This document shows positions 62,631-64,000 of a DNA stretch of 64,000 bases, piece after piece. The notes under the pieces are model-generated. The model was not told the origin of the DNA. It made no database searches and saw only the letters and a list, made by a program, of their open reading frames with translations. Source of the DNA: Vulcanimicrobiota bacterium. GTDB lineage: Bacteria > Vulcanimicrobiota > Vulcanimicrobiia > Vulcanimicrobiales > Vulcanimicrobiaceae. The stretch is from positions 192,001-256,000 of the forward strand of contig CAWCIZ010000001.1 of NCBI GenBank assembly GCA_963795855.1, read 5' to 3'. The position numbers were made by a program, and so were the translations under genes. Numbering within the stretch: the stretch's first letter is position 1; each line of letters starts with the position of its first letter.

Positions 62631-63640
62631 GGCACCAGTCGAACGGCAGGTTGGGATCGGCGCTCAACGTGAGCGCATCGGCGCGCACGGCATCACCTTG
62701 GTGCGCGGCGGCCGCGGCAATCATCGCCGCGTTGTCGGTGCAATATTTCGGCGGCGGAACAAACGCGGGCACGCCGTTGCGCGCACTCCATTCGGCGAGC
62801 GCGGCTTGCAGCGCGGAGTTTGCGGCGACGCCGCCGGAAAGCACGACGCAGGTGTACGCGCTGCGTTCGAACGCCGCGTTCGAGACGCTGCATCAGCACG
62901 TCAATCACCGCCGCTTGAAACGATGCGGCGACGTCCGCCTTCTCGGCTTGCGCGCCTTCGGGATTCCAAGTAATAGCGAACCGCCGTTTTCAGGCCGGAA
63001 AACGACATGTCGAGCGAGCCCGGATCCGGGACGATGTCGCGGAAACGCAATCGCCTTTGCGTTGCCGCCTTTGGCGAGTTTGTCGAGTGCGGGCCCGCCG
63101 GGAAAGCCCAAACCGAGTAGACGCGCCGTCTTGTCGTACGCTTCGCCCGCTGCGTCGTCTTTCGTCCGCCCGATGACGCGCATCTGCGTCGCGCTTTCGA
63201 CTTCGACGAGTTGCGAATGTCCGCCGGAGACCAGCAGCGCCAAAAACGGATACTGCGGCGTCTGCTCGCGATCCAGAAACGCCGCAAAAATGTGGCCGTG
63301 CAAATGATTGACGCCGTACAGCGGTTTGTCGATCGCGAACGCGAGCGCTTTCGCCGCCGCGACGCCTACGACCAAACTGCCGATAAGGCCCGGGCCGCGC
63401 GTTACGGCGATGCCGTCGATTCGTCATCGAGTCGTCGTGCCGGCGCGGTCGACCGCGTCCTCCACCGCGGCGGAGAGCAGCGCGACGTGCCGGCGGCTCG
63501 CGATCTCCGGCACGATGCCGCCGTACTTCGCGTGAAACGCGTCTTGGTTCGTCGAGACGCTCGCACGAACGCGCACGGCCGTCCTCAACCACGGCGGTCG
63601 CCGTGTCGTCGCACGAGGTTTCGATCCCGAGCAAAAGCAT
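62569..63640 (-). CDS. tsaD: tRNA N6-adenosine threonylcarbamoyltransferase; multiple frameshifts, 3' end approximate
   Basis: [66 protein letters not shown]. Confidence 0.93.
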
Positions 63641-64000
63641 GACGTGTACCTGGCTACGTTACGTACTTTCCGGGCCCATCCTCCGTCCAGACGCGCTCGT
63701 GGCCCAGCGCGCGCTGCTCTTCCGCGCCTAGATCGCCAAAAAGCAGCAGCAAGCAGTATCGCTGCAAGGCCCGTGAAGATGCATCGAAGCTCCGACCACG
63801 AGCTCATGGCCGATGCAGCGTCCAGCAGTAAGCGCCAGCGCAAGCAGCACGCGGCCACGGAGACTGTCCTCCTTCGATGAACAGACTGCCGAACGTCTTC
63901 GCCCGGCGACGATTCCGTCTTCGCTGCCGCGTCTTCGTCCGATCGTCGCCGGCGAGATGCGCGCTGCGCTCGAAGATCATTGCATAGCCCGCCGCGAACC

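Noticed and set aside
63644..64000. Possible membrane-protein gene upstream of tsaD
   Set aside because: Sequence appears error-rich and no consistent frame or family could be recognised.

Overview
A 64-kb, GC-rich bacterial chromosomal window. The gene content and style suggest Eremiobacterota/Vulcanimicrobiota, but this is inference and was not verified. The sequence has many single-base indels that break housekeeping genes, most likely long-read consensus errors. The window has four parts. (1) 1.8-22 kb is a nucleobase-catabolism supercluster. Reductive pyrimidine degradation is encoded by preT, preA, hydA, beta-ureidopropionase, NCS1 permease, a class-III aminotransferase and mmsA. Purine degradation is encoded by xanthine dehydrogenase with XdhC and MocA, an 8-oxoguanine-deaminase-type amidohydrolase, puuE, allantoate amidohydrolase, uraH, puuD and uraD. 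(2) 22-38 kb holds purine biosynthesis genes: an archaeal-type PurP, guaA, purD, purF, purM and a GNAT-PurN fusion. These are mixed with tpx, an SOS-box-preceded radical SAM gene, panB and pepA. (3) 41-51 kb holds hom-metY-metX, preceded by an unannotated Met/Cys-rich leader-peptide attenuator, and a divergent argB / argF-argR-argG-argH locus with ARG boxes and a repeat-built inserted ORF. (4) 50.8-61 kb is an accessory block and the best candidate for an undescribed system. It has an unannotated 53-aa peptide gene with a strong RBS, a YxxPxL leader motif and a D/N/G/P/C-rich core. This gene is followed by a JmjC 2OG/Fe(II) oxygenase and a 3-His cupin. A second JmjC paralogue, a divergent S53 protease and a GT39-PQQ-propeller-CmcI operon lie alongside. 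Together they form a putative JmjC-defined RiPP cluster. An ABC peptide-binding protein and tsaD end the window.
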